Positions 1 through 9,614 of a DNA stretch of 64,000 nucleotides are shown piece by piece. The position numbers were made by a program, and so were the translations under genes. Location: positions 2,585-66,584 of the forward strand of contig JADZFO010000027.1 in assembly GCA_020849855.1 (NCBI GenBank). The letters run 5' to 3'. The first letter of the stretch is position 1; each line of letters opens with the position of its first letter. The notes under the pieces are model-generated. The model was given only the letters and a program-made list of their open reading frames with translations. It was not told the origin of the DNA and made no database searches. The stretch comes from a bacterium. Its GTDB lineage: Bacteria > 4484-113 > JAFGCY01.

Positions 1-753
1 CCGGAGTACCGCGACATTTCGCCCAACACCTTCCTGCTCAGCCAGATGCAGGAAGGCAGCCTCGCGCCGCAGGATGTCCAGCTTGAGGGCCTGTTTGAGC
101 AGGGCCGCAAGCCGACCCGCCGCCTGGAAGACGCCTGGGAGCTTTTCACCCTGATTGCCCTGATCCTGTGGCTGCTGGATGTGGCTGCCCGGCGCCTGGT
201 GCTGGACGCCCATGAGTGGCAACAGGCCTTTGCTGCCGTCATTGGCGGCACCTCGGGCCGCCGGGCCCAGCGCACGCGTGAAAGCCTGGCCGGCCTGCTG
301 AGCGCCAAGGAGCGGGCTACCGGCCGCGGCGCGCCGCGGGGCAGCACTGGCAGCGAGGGCAGCGAGAGCTGGGATCCATCCGCGCTGGCGGAGGCCCAGC
401 GCCAGCGCAGCCGTCTGGACCAGGCGGCGGACGCCCGCAGCCGGGTTGGCGCTGGCCAGCCACCGGCAGCACGCAAGGCGGGCCAGCCGGAGGGCCAGAT
501 CACCGCGCCGCCGGCTGAGCAGCAGCAGCGCGCCGCGCAGAATGCCGGCGACCTGTCCAGCCTGCGCCGCAAGCTCGACACGCTGGATCAGCGCGCCGGC
601 CCGGCGCAGCCCGGCGGCTTCAAGCCGCTGGATCCGCAGCAGCCCGCACGGCCCGCCGAGACACCCAAGCCCAAGGTGGATGCGCCGATGACTGAGCGCG
701 ACTTCACCAGCCGGCTGCTGGACCGCAAGCGCAAGAAGCAGGACGACGAGTAA
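1..753 (+). CDS. Hypothetical membrane-anchored protein, 5'-truncated at the window edge. It has one hydrophobic segment followed by a long Pro/Gln/Ala-rich low-complexity tail.
   Basis: The open frame runs from position 1 with no upstream stop, so the ORF track start at 46 is internal. It contains the TM-like segment LFTLIALILWLL. Its TAA stop overlaps the ATG of the next gene in a TAATG arrangement. Confidence 0.45.
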   Translation, partial: PEYRDISPNTFLLSQMQEGSLAPQDVQLEGLFEQGRKPTRRLEDAWELFTLIALILWLLDVAARRLVLDAHEWQQAFAAVIGGTSGRRAQRTRESLAGLLSAKERATGRGAPRGSTGSEGSESWDPSALAEAQRQRSRLDQAADARSRVGAGQPPAARKAGQPEGQITAPPAEQQQRAAQNAGDLSSLRRKLDTLDQRAGPAQPGGFKPLDPQQPARPAETPKPKVDAPMTERDFTSRLLDRKRKKQDDE

Positions 754-2309
754 TGCGCTGGCGCATCCGCCTACTGGCCTGCCTGAGCCTGAGCATTGCG
801 GGCCTTCTGGCCGGTATATCCTGCCGTGAAAACAGTATTGAGAACCAGCCGGAAGAAGCGCACGCCGGGGCCAGCCTGCCGCTGCCCAGGACAGAGCAGC
901 ACGGCGCCAGCCAGCGCGCCTGGCTGGGCGGCAAGGGCAATGCCGGCGACAGCGGCTGCTGCAGCGCGCGGCTGAAGCTGCCCCTGAGCCATGAACCGGC
1001 CTGGGAATGGAGCTACAGCGCGGCGGAGTTCTCTGACGCTAACCTCAACAGCCTGCTGCACTATGACGGCCGGCTTTTTACCTCGGCCTATTGCCCGCAG
1101 ATCGCCGTGCTGAACACGACGGACGGCCGCCAGCTGGACAACAGCGTGCGTTATGCCCCGCTTGGCGGCGGGCTTGAGACGGGCCGCGAGTACTTCACCA
1201 GCATGTACCTGAACCCGAACGGGCTGCTGCTGGGCTGTGACAACCTGGGGCGCCGCTACTGCTGGCAGGCCAGCGGCAGCGAGCTGGCCCTGCGCTGGCT
1301 GCGCAGCGGCAAAGCCGACAAGAACTTCCTTGGCGTGCCGGTGCCGGGCCTGAGCATCGCGACCTTCAACGAAGGCCTGGAGGCCATGAAGCTGGAGGAT
1401 GGAAGCCGCGCCTGGGGTGTGCCCGTACTGCTGCGCAACCGCCGCTTCAGGGACAACAGCAATATGGTGGCATCGGACAGCGGCCGCCTTTTGTGGTGCT
1501 CCGGCTATGGCGACATGGAGGCCTTTGACGGCGCCAGCGGCAAGCCGCTCTGGGCCGCGGCCGGCGTGGCGGCAATGCGCAACCTGGCCCTCGACCCGGC
1601 GGGCGAGCACGCCTACATCGCATATCAGAACGAGCTGCTGGAGTGCCGCAGCCTTGAGGATGGCCGGCTGCTCTGGGACTTTGACTGGAGTGCGCAGATC
1701 CCGGAGCAGGAGCGGGCCGCCCTGCAGGCCGAGATGGGGCCTGAAGAGCTTTACCGCGCGCGGGTGGCCGGGCTGTCGGCTTCAGCGGACAGCGTGGTGC
1801 TGAGCCTCTACAACGGCTACTGCTTCAGCCTCAGCAGCGCCGGTACACTGCAGTGGAAGCTGCGCAGCGACAGCATGCTTTATGACGCGCTGCTGCTGGA
1901 GAACGCCGTGCTGCTGACCCAGTTCGCGGCTATACCGCGCTCTGAGCAGCGCCGGCTGGCCCAGGGTGACAAGCCCCTGCTGCTGCCGCCCTGGCCGGGC
2001 CTGCGCTCGCGGCTGAAGGAGGCACAGATTGATGTGCCGGACTACCAGCCCGGGCAGCTTAACTTGACCTATTTCGCCGGCCAGCTCGGCGGCGTGGCCC
2101 TGGCTGTGCGGGTGGCGGCGCTGGATCCGGTGACTGGGGCGGAGCTGGACAGCCACGAATACGACATCGACTTCAGGGTGGGGCCGGTGCCCGCCTACAA
2201 TATGCTGGTGGCCGGAGGCGGCCGCAGACTTGGCGAAACATTCAAGGCGAGCAGCAAGGAGCCGCGGATACTGCAGGCTTTTGACTGGCTGGAGTGGGAG
2301 GGGACCTAG
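753..2309 (+). CDS. PQQ-like beta-propeller repeat lipoprotein (BamB-like fold), function unknown.
   Basis: N-terminal signal peptide with a Cys (LLAGISC). Repeated G-x-LLW / PLWAAAG-type motifs are typical of PQQ/beta-propeller repeats. It is translationally coupled to the flanking genes. Confidence 0.5.
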   Translation: MRWRIRLLACLSLSIAGLLAGISCRENSIENQPEEAHAGASLPLPRTEQHGASQRAWLGGKGNAGDSGCCSARLKLPLSHEPAWEWSYSAAEFSDANLNSLLHYDGRLFTSAYCPQIAVLNTTDGRQLDNSVRYAPLGGGLETGREYFTSMYLNPNGLLLGCDNLGRRYCWQASGSELALRWLRSGKADKNFLGVPVPGLSIATFNEGLEAMKLEDGSRAWGVPVLLRNRRFRDNSNMVASDSGRLLWCSGYGDMEAFDGASGKPLWAAAGVAAMRNLALDPAGEHAYIAYQNELLECRSLEDGRLLWDFDWSAQIPEQERAALQAEMGPEELYRARVAGLSASADSVVLSLYNGYCFSLSSAGTLQWKLRSDSMLYDALLLENAVLLTQFAAIPRSEQRRLAQGDKPLLLPPWPGLRSRLKEAQIDVPDYQPGQLNLTYFAGQLGGVALAVRVAALDPVTGAELDSHEYDIDFRVGPVPAYNMLVAGGGRRLGETFKASSKEPRILQAFDWLEWEGT

Positions 2310-2312
2310 AAA

Positions 2313-3179
2313 ATGTGGTCGATGGTGCTTAAGGAATACCGCCAGCGGGCGCGCGGTGTGGCAACGGTTGGCCTGATCATTGCCTATACCCTGATCCTGG
2401 GCGGCGTTTCGTTCTTTGTCTATCTGGCCATGTATGCCGCGCTCAACGCCCAGAGCGCGCAGGCCTCGGCCGCCGGGCGGGCGCTCTGCGTGGCCACCTT
2501 CATCGCGCAGATGATCATGGCGCTGATGCTTTCGCTTTCGCTGAACGCCAGCACCATCGCGGCGGAGAAGGACCAGGAGACTTTTGACCTGCTGAACCTG
2601 ACGCTCTTTAAGAGCTGGGAGATTGTGCTGGGCAAGTTCTTCTCCTCCACCGGCTTCCTCTTCATCCTGGTCTTCACGGCGGTGCCGATCTATACCCTGG
2701 CATTCACCTTCGGCGGCATCGACGTTGGCGCCATGTACCGCCTGGCGGCGGTAGTGACCGGCACCACGCTGCTGATCTCTTCCATCGGCCTGTTCTTCTC
2801 GCTGGTCAGCGACGACCTGCGCACGGCGCTTGGCCGCAGCTTCCTGGTGATGATCGTCATCGGAGCGGTGACCCTCTTCCTGGGCCTGGCGCTGGGCGGC
2901 AGCCTGAACTCCAGCCAGCCCAACCCGCTGACTTACTACGGCGGCCTTCTGTCCTTCTTCATCAACCCGCTCTGGGCCGCCATCGACGTTCTGGGCACGC
3001 CGCTGAGCGGACAGCTGGCCTGGGGCAGCAACGGCGGAGCGGTGCCATATGTGATCAACTCAGGCATGCTCTGGGCTTTCACGGCCGGCTTCCAGACCCT
3101 CTGCGCCGCCGGGCTGCTGGCCGTGACCTCCATGATCTATCCGCGTTACCGCGCCAGCCGTCAGGGAGGTGTGGCATGA
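2313..3179 (+). CDS. ABC-2-type transporter permease-like integral membrane protein.
   Basis: 288 aa with about six hydrophobic helices. The N-terminal region resembles ABC-2 / GldF / NosY-family permeases. It overlaps the next gene by 4 nt. Confidence 0.5.
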   Translation: MWSMVLKEYRQRARGVATVGLIIAYTLILGGVSFFVYLAMYAALNAQSAQASAAGRALCVATFIAQMIMALMLSLSLNASTIAAEKDQETFDLLNLTLFKSWEIVLGKFFSSTGFLFILVFTAVPIYTLAFTFGGIDVGAMYRLAAVVTGTTLLISSIGLFFSLVSDDLRTALGRSFLVMIVIGAVTLFLGLALGGSLNSSQPNPLTYYGGLLSFFINPLWAAIDVLGTPLSGQLAWGSNGGAVPYVINSGMLWAFTAGFQTLCAAGLLAVTSMIYPRYRASRQGGVA

Positions 3180-5602
3180 GCAGCACACTGCGGCAAATGC
3201 TGGCCCGCTCTGGTGCAGGCCTGGCCCTGCTGGTGCTGGCCTTGTGCAGCTTCAGCGCGCCGGCGCAGGCCAAGCCGCCCAAGGGCATCACCTGGGATGT
3301 CCAGCTTGGCTACAACAAGCTGGCCCAGAAAGGCCGGGTCAACCCGGTCATCGTCGATATGGCCAACAATTCCGCCGGGACCAACCTCTCCGGTGATCTG
3401 GTGCTGGAGTACGGCGGCATCGAGTACTCGACGCGCCTGGAGCTGCCTACTCCTTCCAAGAAGCGCTTTTACCTCTATTTCCCCTGCGAGGACTACCCGC
3501 CGACCCTGACTGTGCGGGTGCGCACGAAGGCCTATACCGAAGAGAAGATGATCTCGGCCTTCAACTCCACCATCGAGGCCTCGGACCTTAACGTGCTGGT
3601 TCTCTCCAACCAGAAAGGCAGCCTTGGCGTGGTGAATCAGCAGGTTTCGGCGCGCATGCTGCGCGATATCTTCAACGCGGAGCATGCGGAAGTCGGTGCG
3701 GCGACGGTCTTTGTGTCTTATCTGCGCCTGGATGAGTGCGAGGCGAACCCCAAGTTCTTCTCGACCGCTGATGTGATCGTGCTGGCGGATGTGGACTACC
3801 AGCAGATGAACACTGAGATGGCGGAGGCGCTGAAGGCCGTGCTGGCCGGTGGCAAAACCCTTGTCTTCTCGCTGGGCCTTAACGGCCCGGCGGTCTCGGC
3901 CAGCCCGCTGCGGGATATCTGCCCGCTGCAGGTGGAGTCCACCGCGTCGGTCAGCAGCCTGGGCCAGTTCGGCCAGAACTACGGCATCTCCGCCGAGCGC
4001 TCGCCGGCGATCCTGGCCGCGGGCAGCTATGGCGCGGGCGTGGAAGTGCTGGACTGGGCCGGGCAGCGACCGGTCATCCTGCGCAGCAGCATGGGTTCCG
4101 GCACGGCGATTGCGCTGGCCTTCGACTTCACACAGGTGCCCTTCAAGCAGAACCCCAGGGTCGCGGACATCTTCAACGACTATGTCTTCCGGGTCGACGA
4201 GACGGTGCAGCTGAACAACATGTTCCTGCACCCGCAGCCCCTGGGCAACATCCTCAGCACCCTTGGCGCCGCCAAGCCGATGGAGCCGCAGTTTGTGCTG
4301 CTCTTCCTTCTGGCCTATGTGGTACTGATTGGCCCGCTGAACTTCTTCATCCTCGACCGCTTCAAGCGCCGTACTCTGGTCTGGACCACCATTCCGCTGA
4401 TCGTCGCCGGCTTCAGCTACCTGGGCCTGATGACCGGCTATCTGCGCCGAGGCGCCAACAACATCACGGCCTACTTCCAGGAGATGCACGTCTTCCCCGG
4501 CGCGGCCTATACGCCCTACCAGACAGTGATGCTGGTCTTCACCGCCGAGCGGACAAAGTATGAGCTGAAAGTGCCGGACCAGAGCGCCTTCCTGTACCCG
4601 ACGATCCCGAGCCCCGACCCGATGAACATCCCGGCTCAGCCGGGCCTCGGCGTGTTTACCGGCGGCCGCATCGACAACAGCTCCGAGCCGCTGCTCAAGA
4701 TGACCCAGGGCAAGTGGGACCCCAAGGTTTACTACTACCAGGGCTATGTGGCACAGCAGGTTGGCGCGACCAGCAGCCTGACCGGCGTGCGCGGTGAAGG
4801 CGGCCTGGTGGACCTGCAGGGCAGCTTCAGCCTGAGCCTGCCCTTTGACCTGCACAACGCCTACATCACCGGGCCGGGCTATCAGAAGTCCATCGGCAAC
4901 CTGGCCGGCAGCGGCAACTTCGATATTGACAGCCTGAGCGGAGAAAGCGGCGGCACGCAGGCCGGCCTGTCCGGGGATAACTACATCGCCCAGCGGGTCA
5001 GCGAGATTGCCTCGCGCCAGCAGCAGAGCGCCAAGCTGCCGCTCTCATACCGCGACGAGGTGCTGCTGGTCGGCTTCAGCGAGGACATCGAGTCCCTGGC
5101 GAAGTTCGACCGCGCCCATAAGGAGCACCGCCTGAACATGGTGGTCGTGCACCTGCCTTACGGCGCCACGGTGCAGCAGCAGGGCGACCTGTCGATCGCC
5201 CGCGGACTCCTGATCGGCGGAAAGGACTTCAGCAATGACGACCAGCGCTGGGGCAACTTCGCACCCGAGAGCGGGCAGGGTATCGAGAAGGTACGCTTCA
5301 AGCCCGAGGGCTTTGTGGATGTCGAGTATGAAATTGCCGGCGACCTGAGCCGTGACAGCGCGATCCATGTCTCGCTGGCCGTCAGCGACAAGAACGACAA
5401 CCCGGTGGACGACGCTTCCAACTTCATGAAGGTGGAGATCCGCAGCGCCGGTGACTGGCAGCCCCTGGCGATTGCCGACGGCACTTCTGTTGATGTGCCG
5501 GTGTCAATGATTGGCGGGGACAGGCGCCTGACCCTGCGCTTCTCTTCGCTGGCCGACGAGATCACCTTCAAGCTGCCTGACGATCGCCAGAGCGTGTATT
5601 AG
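3176..5602 (+). CDS. Large (808 aa) secreted, membrane-anchored protein of unknown function, possibly an auxiliary component of the upstream permease.
   Basis: Signal peptide (LALLVLALCSFSAPAQA). A central pair of TM helices (FVLLFLLAYVVLIGPLNFFIL ... IPLIVAGFSYLGL). Its start overlaps the stop of the permease gene. Confidence 0.5.
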   Translation: MSSTLRQMLARSGAGLALLVLALCSFSAPAQAKPPKGITWDVQLGYNKLAQKGRVNPVIVDMANNSAGTNLSGDLVLEYGGIEYSTRLELPTPSKKRFYLYFPCEDYPPTLTVRVRTKAYTEEKMISAFNSTIEASDLNVLVLSNQKGSLGVVNQQVSARMLRDIFNAEHAEVGAATVFVSYLRLDECEANPKFFSTADVIVLADVDYQQMNTEMAEALKAVLAGGKTLVFSLGLNGPAVSASPLRDICPLQVESTASVSSLGQFGQNYGISAERSPAILAAGSYGAGVEVLDWAGQRPVILRSSMGSGTAIALAFDFTQVPFKQNPRVADIFNDYVFRVDETVQLNNMFLHPQPLGNILSTLGAAKPMEPQFVLLFLLAYVVLIGPLNFFILDRFKRRTLVWTTIPLIVAGFSYLGLMTGYLRRGANNITAYFQEMHVFPGAAYTPYQTVMLVFTAERTKYELKVPDQSAFLYPTIPSPDPMNIPAQPGLGVFTGGRIDNSSEPLLKMTQGKWDPKVYYYQGYVAQQVGATSSLTGVRGEGGLVDLQGSFSLSLPFDLHNAYITGPGYQKSIGNLAGSGNFDIDSLSGESGGTQAGLSGDNYIAQRVSEIASRQQQSAKLPLSYRDEVLLVGFSEDIESLAKFDRAHKEHRLNMVVVHLPYGATVQQQGDLSIARGLLIGGKDFSNDDQRWGNFAPESGQGIEKVRFKPEGFVDVEYEIAGDLSRDSAIHVSLAVSDKNDNPVDDASNFMKVEIRSAGDWQPLAIADGTSVDVPVSMIGGDRRLTLRFSSLADEITFKLPDDRQSVY

Positions 5603-5620
5603 ACAGCGGCCGCGGCCGGC

Positions 5621-6466
5621 TTACTGCGACTGTCCGATCCAGTCGCCGCCGAAGGGCGCGGCCTCCCAGTCGTCGATCCACCAGCAGCCGCGCATGGTCT
5701 TGTTGTCCTCAGACACCAGGAAGGTGGCGAAGCCGCCGGCCTTCTCGCTTTCCCAGCGCATGGCCAGGATGCCGCTGTTGTAGAAGCCGGAGACGATCAG
5801 CGGAGTCTCGCCGCTGACCTGGCCTTCAAAGGAGCTGCCGACATAGCGGCTGATTTCCATGTAGCCGCGGCTGGTGCCGAACTTGTTGGCCAGCAGTCGC
5901 GGGCTGGCGCGCTCCGGCAGGCGGACGAACCAGAAGCCGGTGCGATTCTCATAGCTCCAGAGGTACAGGAAGTCCTGCTGGTAAAGCTGGCCATACATCT
6001 CGACTGAGCCGCCGCCAAAGGCCAGCTCCAGCGCTCCGGGCTTCGACTTTTTCCAGCTGCCGTCGTCGACCTTTGTTGTGCCGTCGTTCACGCCGGTCCA
6101 GGTGGCATAGCCATTGGGCTGCAGGTTCAGGATGTCCTGCTGGTCGACGGGGATCAGATTCATCTTCTCCTGCACGACCTGGCAGACCTGCAGATAGCGG
6201 CCGAGGATGGCCGGCTCGGTCAGGGTGTCCTCGGTGGGCAGGGACGGGCCGCGGTCCGCCGGCGTGCTGACAGCAGCAGACTCATCCGGACGCGCGGCGC
6301 GGCTGGGCATCTCCGGCACGGGAGACTTGTACTCCGGACTGTCCCAGGGATGGGTGCCGCGCACCATCTGCGCCCGGCGCTCAACCGCCTCGCCCTCCCG
6401 GCGGCAGGCGGCCGCGATCAGGGGCAGGCTCAGGACCAGGGCCAGCAAAATGCGCTGCAGCTGCAT
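5621..6466 (-). CDS. Secreted hypothetical protein.
   Basis: N-terminal signal peptide (LLALVLSLPLIAAACRR). Coherent ORF running convergent to the upstream operon. Confidence 0.45.
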   Translation of the reverse strand: MQLQRILLALVLSLPLIAAACRREGEAVERRAQMVRGTHPWDSPEYKSPVPEMPSRAARPDESAAVSTPADRGPSLPTEDTLTEPAILGRYLQVCQVVQEKMNLIPVDQQDILNLQPNGYATWTGVNDGTTKVDDGSWKKSKPGALELAFGGGSVEMYGQLYQQDFLYLWSYENRTGFWFVRLPERASPRLLANKFGTSRGYMEISRYVGSSFEGQVSGETPLIVSGFYNSGILAMRWESEKAGGFATFLVSEDNKTMRGCWWIDDWEAAPFGGDWIGQSQ

Positions 6467-6505
6467 GCTTCTATTCTAGACGGGGCCGGCCGGGCCGGGT
6501 TTCAT

Positions 6506-8134
6506 TCAGGCCTGCCAGTCCCAGGCCTCGACAAACTGCCGCAGGAAGTAGTCCGGGTTCAGCTTCTCACCGCTCAGGTGCTCCAGGGCCTCGTTCCAGG
6601 GCCGCAGCGCCCCTTGCTCAAAAAGGCCTTCGCGCAGCCAGGCGCCTGTGCCGGGCTGGCGGATCAGTGCAGCGCTGCCGAGCTTGTTCTCAATGTAGTG
6701 CTGCATCTGGCTGGCGGTCAGCTCGCCCAGAATGTAGTTGTGGTAATAGACCGGCGACTGGGCGATGTGCGACTTGGTGGCCCAGTCCGGCATGTCGCGG
6801 CCTTCCGGCCGCTGCACAAGCTGGTAACGCTCGACCAGATCCCACCACAGGCGGTTCAGGTCCTGGCCCGGGTCGGCGTAGAGCGCGCGCTCAAAGCTGG
6901 TCATGACCATCATCCAGCGGGTAAAGACCAGCATCTGGAAGGCCAGCTGCTTGCCCGCGGCGCTGGACAGCTCCTGCGCTGTCGCTGCATCCAGGCCCAG
7001 TATGTCAGTCAGCCAGGCCGCGTCGTAGGTCAGGCGGCCAAAGAGCATCGCGATGGCTTCCGTGCTGCAGATATGCGCGATGGAGCGCAGGAAGTAGGGC
7101 TGCCGGGGCAGAAGGTACTGGTCATAGGCCGCATGGCCGAACTCGTGCAACATGGTGCTGGCCCAGTCTGCATTGTCGCGGCAGTTGCACAGCACATGCA
7201 CCTGCTGCGGGTCGCGGCCGATGACGAGGCAGAAGGCGCCCTGGTCCTTGCCGTCGCGCTCATACAGATCGCTGTTGGCGAGGCTTATGTCGATGTTCAG
7301 GCCCACGCGCTCGAAGGTCAGCGCAGTCAGCCGTTCCAGGTTCTGGTCCTTGAAGTAGCTGTCCAGGTCCAGGTCCTGAAGCTGGGGCGCCTCCTGGAAG
7401 AAAGGGTCTTCATAGTGCCAGGGGCGCAGATCCGCCGGGCCGCTAAGGCCAAAGCGCCGGCACAGGCGCTGGTCCAGCCTGGCCTTGGCTGCGGCAAAGG
7501 GCGCGCGGGTGGCCTCTTCCAGCCTGTCCAGCAGGCGGTAGAGCTCTGCCTCGTCGATCTCCTGGGTCTGCATCTGGCGGTCGTAGTAGTCGCGGAAGCC
7601 GTGCTCCCGCGCGCCGGCGTTGCGCAGGGCCACCAGTTCCAGCAGTAGGGGCTGCACCTCGGGACCGATCTGCTTGCTGGCTTCCCAGTAGGACTGCCGC
7701 TGCCCGGAGTCATCGCAGTCCCGCAGGCAGTCGCGGATGTCGTTGGAGCTCACCTTGTGCCCCTCGACCTCGCCGCGGAAGTTTGTATATAGGGCGCCGA
7801 TCTCTGCTTCCAGCTCGTTGCTGCGTTTGGCCGCGGCCTCGCTCTCCTGGTTGCGGATGAACTCATTGCGCAGGAGCTGGGCGGTGCGGGCCAGCTCGCC
7901 GTCCAGCCCGGCGGATTCAGCCTCTTCAATGAGCAACTTGAACTGCTGGAAGCGCTCCGGGCTGCCGAAGACCGCGTGGTACTGCATGCCAAGCTCCACC
8001 ATGCGGGGCAGCAGGGACTCATCGCCAGTATTGGCGAAGCGCCACTCGGTATCGCTGAGCCCGATCTCCAGCAGCTCGGTTTCCTGCGCCAGCTGATCCA
8101 CAAAGTCCAGCAGCTGCTTCATATAGCTCCTCAC
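6506..8134 (-). CDS. M3-family oligoendopeptidase (PepF-like zinc metallopeptidase).
   Basis: 542 aa with an HEFGHA zinc-binding motif plus a downstream Glu. Length and overall layout match M3B oligoendopeptidases. Confidence 0.75.
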   Translation of the reverse strand: MRSYMKQLLDFVDQLAQETELLEIGLSDTEWRFANTGDESLLPRMVELGMQYHAVFGSPERFQQFKLLIEEAESAGLDGELARTAQLLRNEFIRNQESEAAAKRSNELEAEIGALYTNFRGEVEGHKVSSNDIRDCLRDCDDSGQRQSYWEASKQIGPEVQPLLLELVALRNAGAREHGFRDYYDRQMQTQEIDEAELYRLLDRLEEATRAPFAAAKARLDQRLCRRFGLSGPADLRPWHYEDPFFQEAPQLQDLDLDSYFKDQNLERLTALTFERVGLNIDISLANSDLYERDGKDQGAFCLVIGRDPQQVHVLCNCRDNADWASTMLHEFGHAAYDQYLLPRQPYFLRSIAHICSTEAIAMLFGRLTYDAAWLTDILGLDAATAQELSSAAGKQLAFQMLVFTRWMMVMTSFERALYADPGQDLNRLWWDLVERYQLVQRPEGRDMPDWATKSHIAQSPVYYHNYILGELTASQMQHYIENKLGSAALIRQPGTGAWLREGLFEQGALRPWNEALEHLSGEKLNPDYFLRQFVEAWDWQA

Positions 8135-8159
8135 ATTTCATGCCGTTATCAGGGGCCGG

Positions 8160-9614
8160 CTAGCCGTCGGTCATCAGGCCCTCGGCCTTCAGCCAGAGGC
8201 CGTAGGCCTGGCCAAGCATCACATTCTCGCTGTTTGGTGATGTCAGCAGCTGGCGCCTCACATCAGAGTCCAGCACCGGTGCCTTTCCGCCCCAGTCCAG
8301 GACCAGATAATAAGAGAGGCTGCGGTTCCCCAGCCGCGACAGCATGGCCAGCTCTTCATCCCCGGCCAGATCCCGGCCAAAGCGCGAGACAGTGCTCAGC
8401 ACCGCCCCGGCTGCAGCCTCCGGCAGGAAGGGCGCCTGCTGCAGGGCATAGGCAACGGCGGCCTTGTCGCGGCGCATACAGGCCAGCGACAGCTCCAGGC
8501 CCATTTCGGCAATGACGCCCTGCGACAGCTCCTGCAGCTCCTGGATACGTTTCAATGCCGCGCTCTTGGCATCCTCGTCGCCGCTCTCTCCCTTGTCGTC
8601 CTCCGCCTTGGCCTTCTTATGGCTGGCGTCAATTTCGCTCTGGTACTGCTTGAGCGTCTCGATCTGCTTCAGCGGGAAGCGCTCAATCTGCTTGTCGGCA
8701 TACAGCAGGGCCAGCTCCGCTGCGCCGGCGCTGCCGGCATCCGCCTTGCGCAGCTTGCCGGGATAGCTCAGGCCAGGCGGGGCAATCTGCGCCGCCGCCG
8801 TAAGCAGCAGGCTGCGCTGAACATCTGGCAGGTCAGTGCGGCTGAGGATACTGTTCCAGGTCTCGATCGGCGCGTGCCTCAGCAGGCCAGCCCACTGCGA
8901 AGGCGCGGTATTGATGAGCGCCGGCTGGCTGAGATAGGCCTCAAAGTCGATACTGCGGCCACCATCGGTTCCCAGCAGCGAATCGATGGCAAAACGGCGC
9001 AGCACATCGCTGGGCTGGGCCGCGCTGTAATGCTGCTCCAGTAGCGCTGCCAGTTCAGGGCTGCGCTGCAGCGGCCCGCCGGGCTCATAGTCCAGCCGGG
9101 CCATGCCCATGCAGAAGTTGGTCACATCTTTTTCTTCATTCAGTTTCAGAGCGCCAAACCAGAAGTCCGCTGGGAACTCGCTGGCGTTTTCGAAGCCATA
9201 CACGGCCCCGAACCAGCGCGCCTGGGCCTGCGGCCCGGCATAGCGGTCCTGCCAGGCCAGGCTGGCCTTGCCGTCTCCACTCAGGCTGTCCAGCACCACG
9301 GCCGCCAGGTGGTCATCCACGGCCTGCGGTTCCAGCAGACTGCGGAACTCCTGCAACTTGAAGCGCAAGATGAACAGCAGCGCGAACTGGCGCTCGTCCT
9401 CATTGCTGCCGCTCAGCGCATCCTTGATCAGCTCGCGCTTGGCCAGGGGCTGCTCGCCGGCCGGATCAGCTTCGCTGCTGGCCTGCCCCGCAGCATCGGT
9501 CGGGGCGCTGCGCGGGTTGCTCTTCCCCGGGCAGGCTGCCAGGCCCAGGAGGGCGATCAGGCTGCAGAGCGCCGGCAGAAGGCCGCGCAAAGCGTGCTTA
9601 AGGCTCAAAGTCAT
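8160..9614 (-). CDS. Hypothetical lipoprotein / secreted protein.
   Basis: The internal M of MTLSLKHALRGLLPALCSLIALLGLAAC gives a signal peptide with a lipobox. The longer ORF-track start at 9746 would overlap deoB. A charged Lys/Glu-rich segment sits near the middle. Confidence 0.45.
   Translation of the reverse strand: MTLSLKHALRGLLPALCSLIALLGLAACPGKSNPRSAPTDAAGQASSEADPAGEQPLAKRELIKDALSGSNEDERQFALLFILRFKLQEFRSLLEPQAVDDHLAAVVLDSLSGDGKASLAWQDRYAGPQAQARWFGAVYGFENASEFPADFWFGALKLNEEKDVTNFCMGMARLDYEPGGPLQRSPELAALLEQHYSAAQPSDVLRRFAIDSLLGTDGGRSIDFEAYLSQPALINTAPSQWAGLLRHAPIETWNSILSRTDLPDVQRSLLLTAAAQIAPPGLSYPGKLRKADAGSAGAAELALLYADKQIERFPLKQIETLKQYQSEIDASHKKAKAEDDKGESGDEDAKSAALKRIQELQELSQGVIAEMGLELSLACMRRDKAAVAYALQQAPFLPEAAAGAVLSTVSRFGRDLAGDEELAMLSRLGNRSLSYYLVLDWGGKAPVLDSDVRRQLLTSPNSENVMLGQAYGLWLKAEGLMTDG

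Noticed and set aside
771-1610. Long antisense ORF (279 aa) and many similar antisense or overlapping ORFs in the track. Examples: 3161-4855 (-), 6350-7648 (+), 30872-32452 (-), 32483-33970 (-), 35910-37433 (+), 40595-43345 (+, 916 aa), 45986-47167 (+), 57722-58687 (-), 59466-61358 (-).
   Set aside because: These are shadow ORFs typical of about 68% GC DNA. Their translations are Ala/Arg/Gly/Pro-rich low-complexity sequence with no motifs. In each case the opposite strand or another frame encodes a protein with clear family signatures.
5603-5620. The GC-rich palindromic sequence gcggccgcggccggc between convergent genes, considered as a terminator.
   Set aside because: It is only 18 bp, has no U-tract, and the hairpin is very short. 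The evidence is insufficient.
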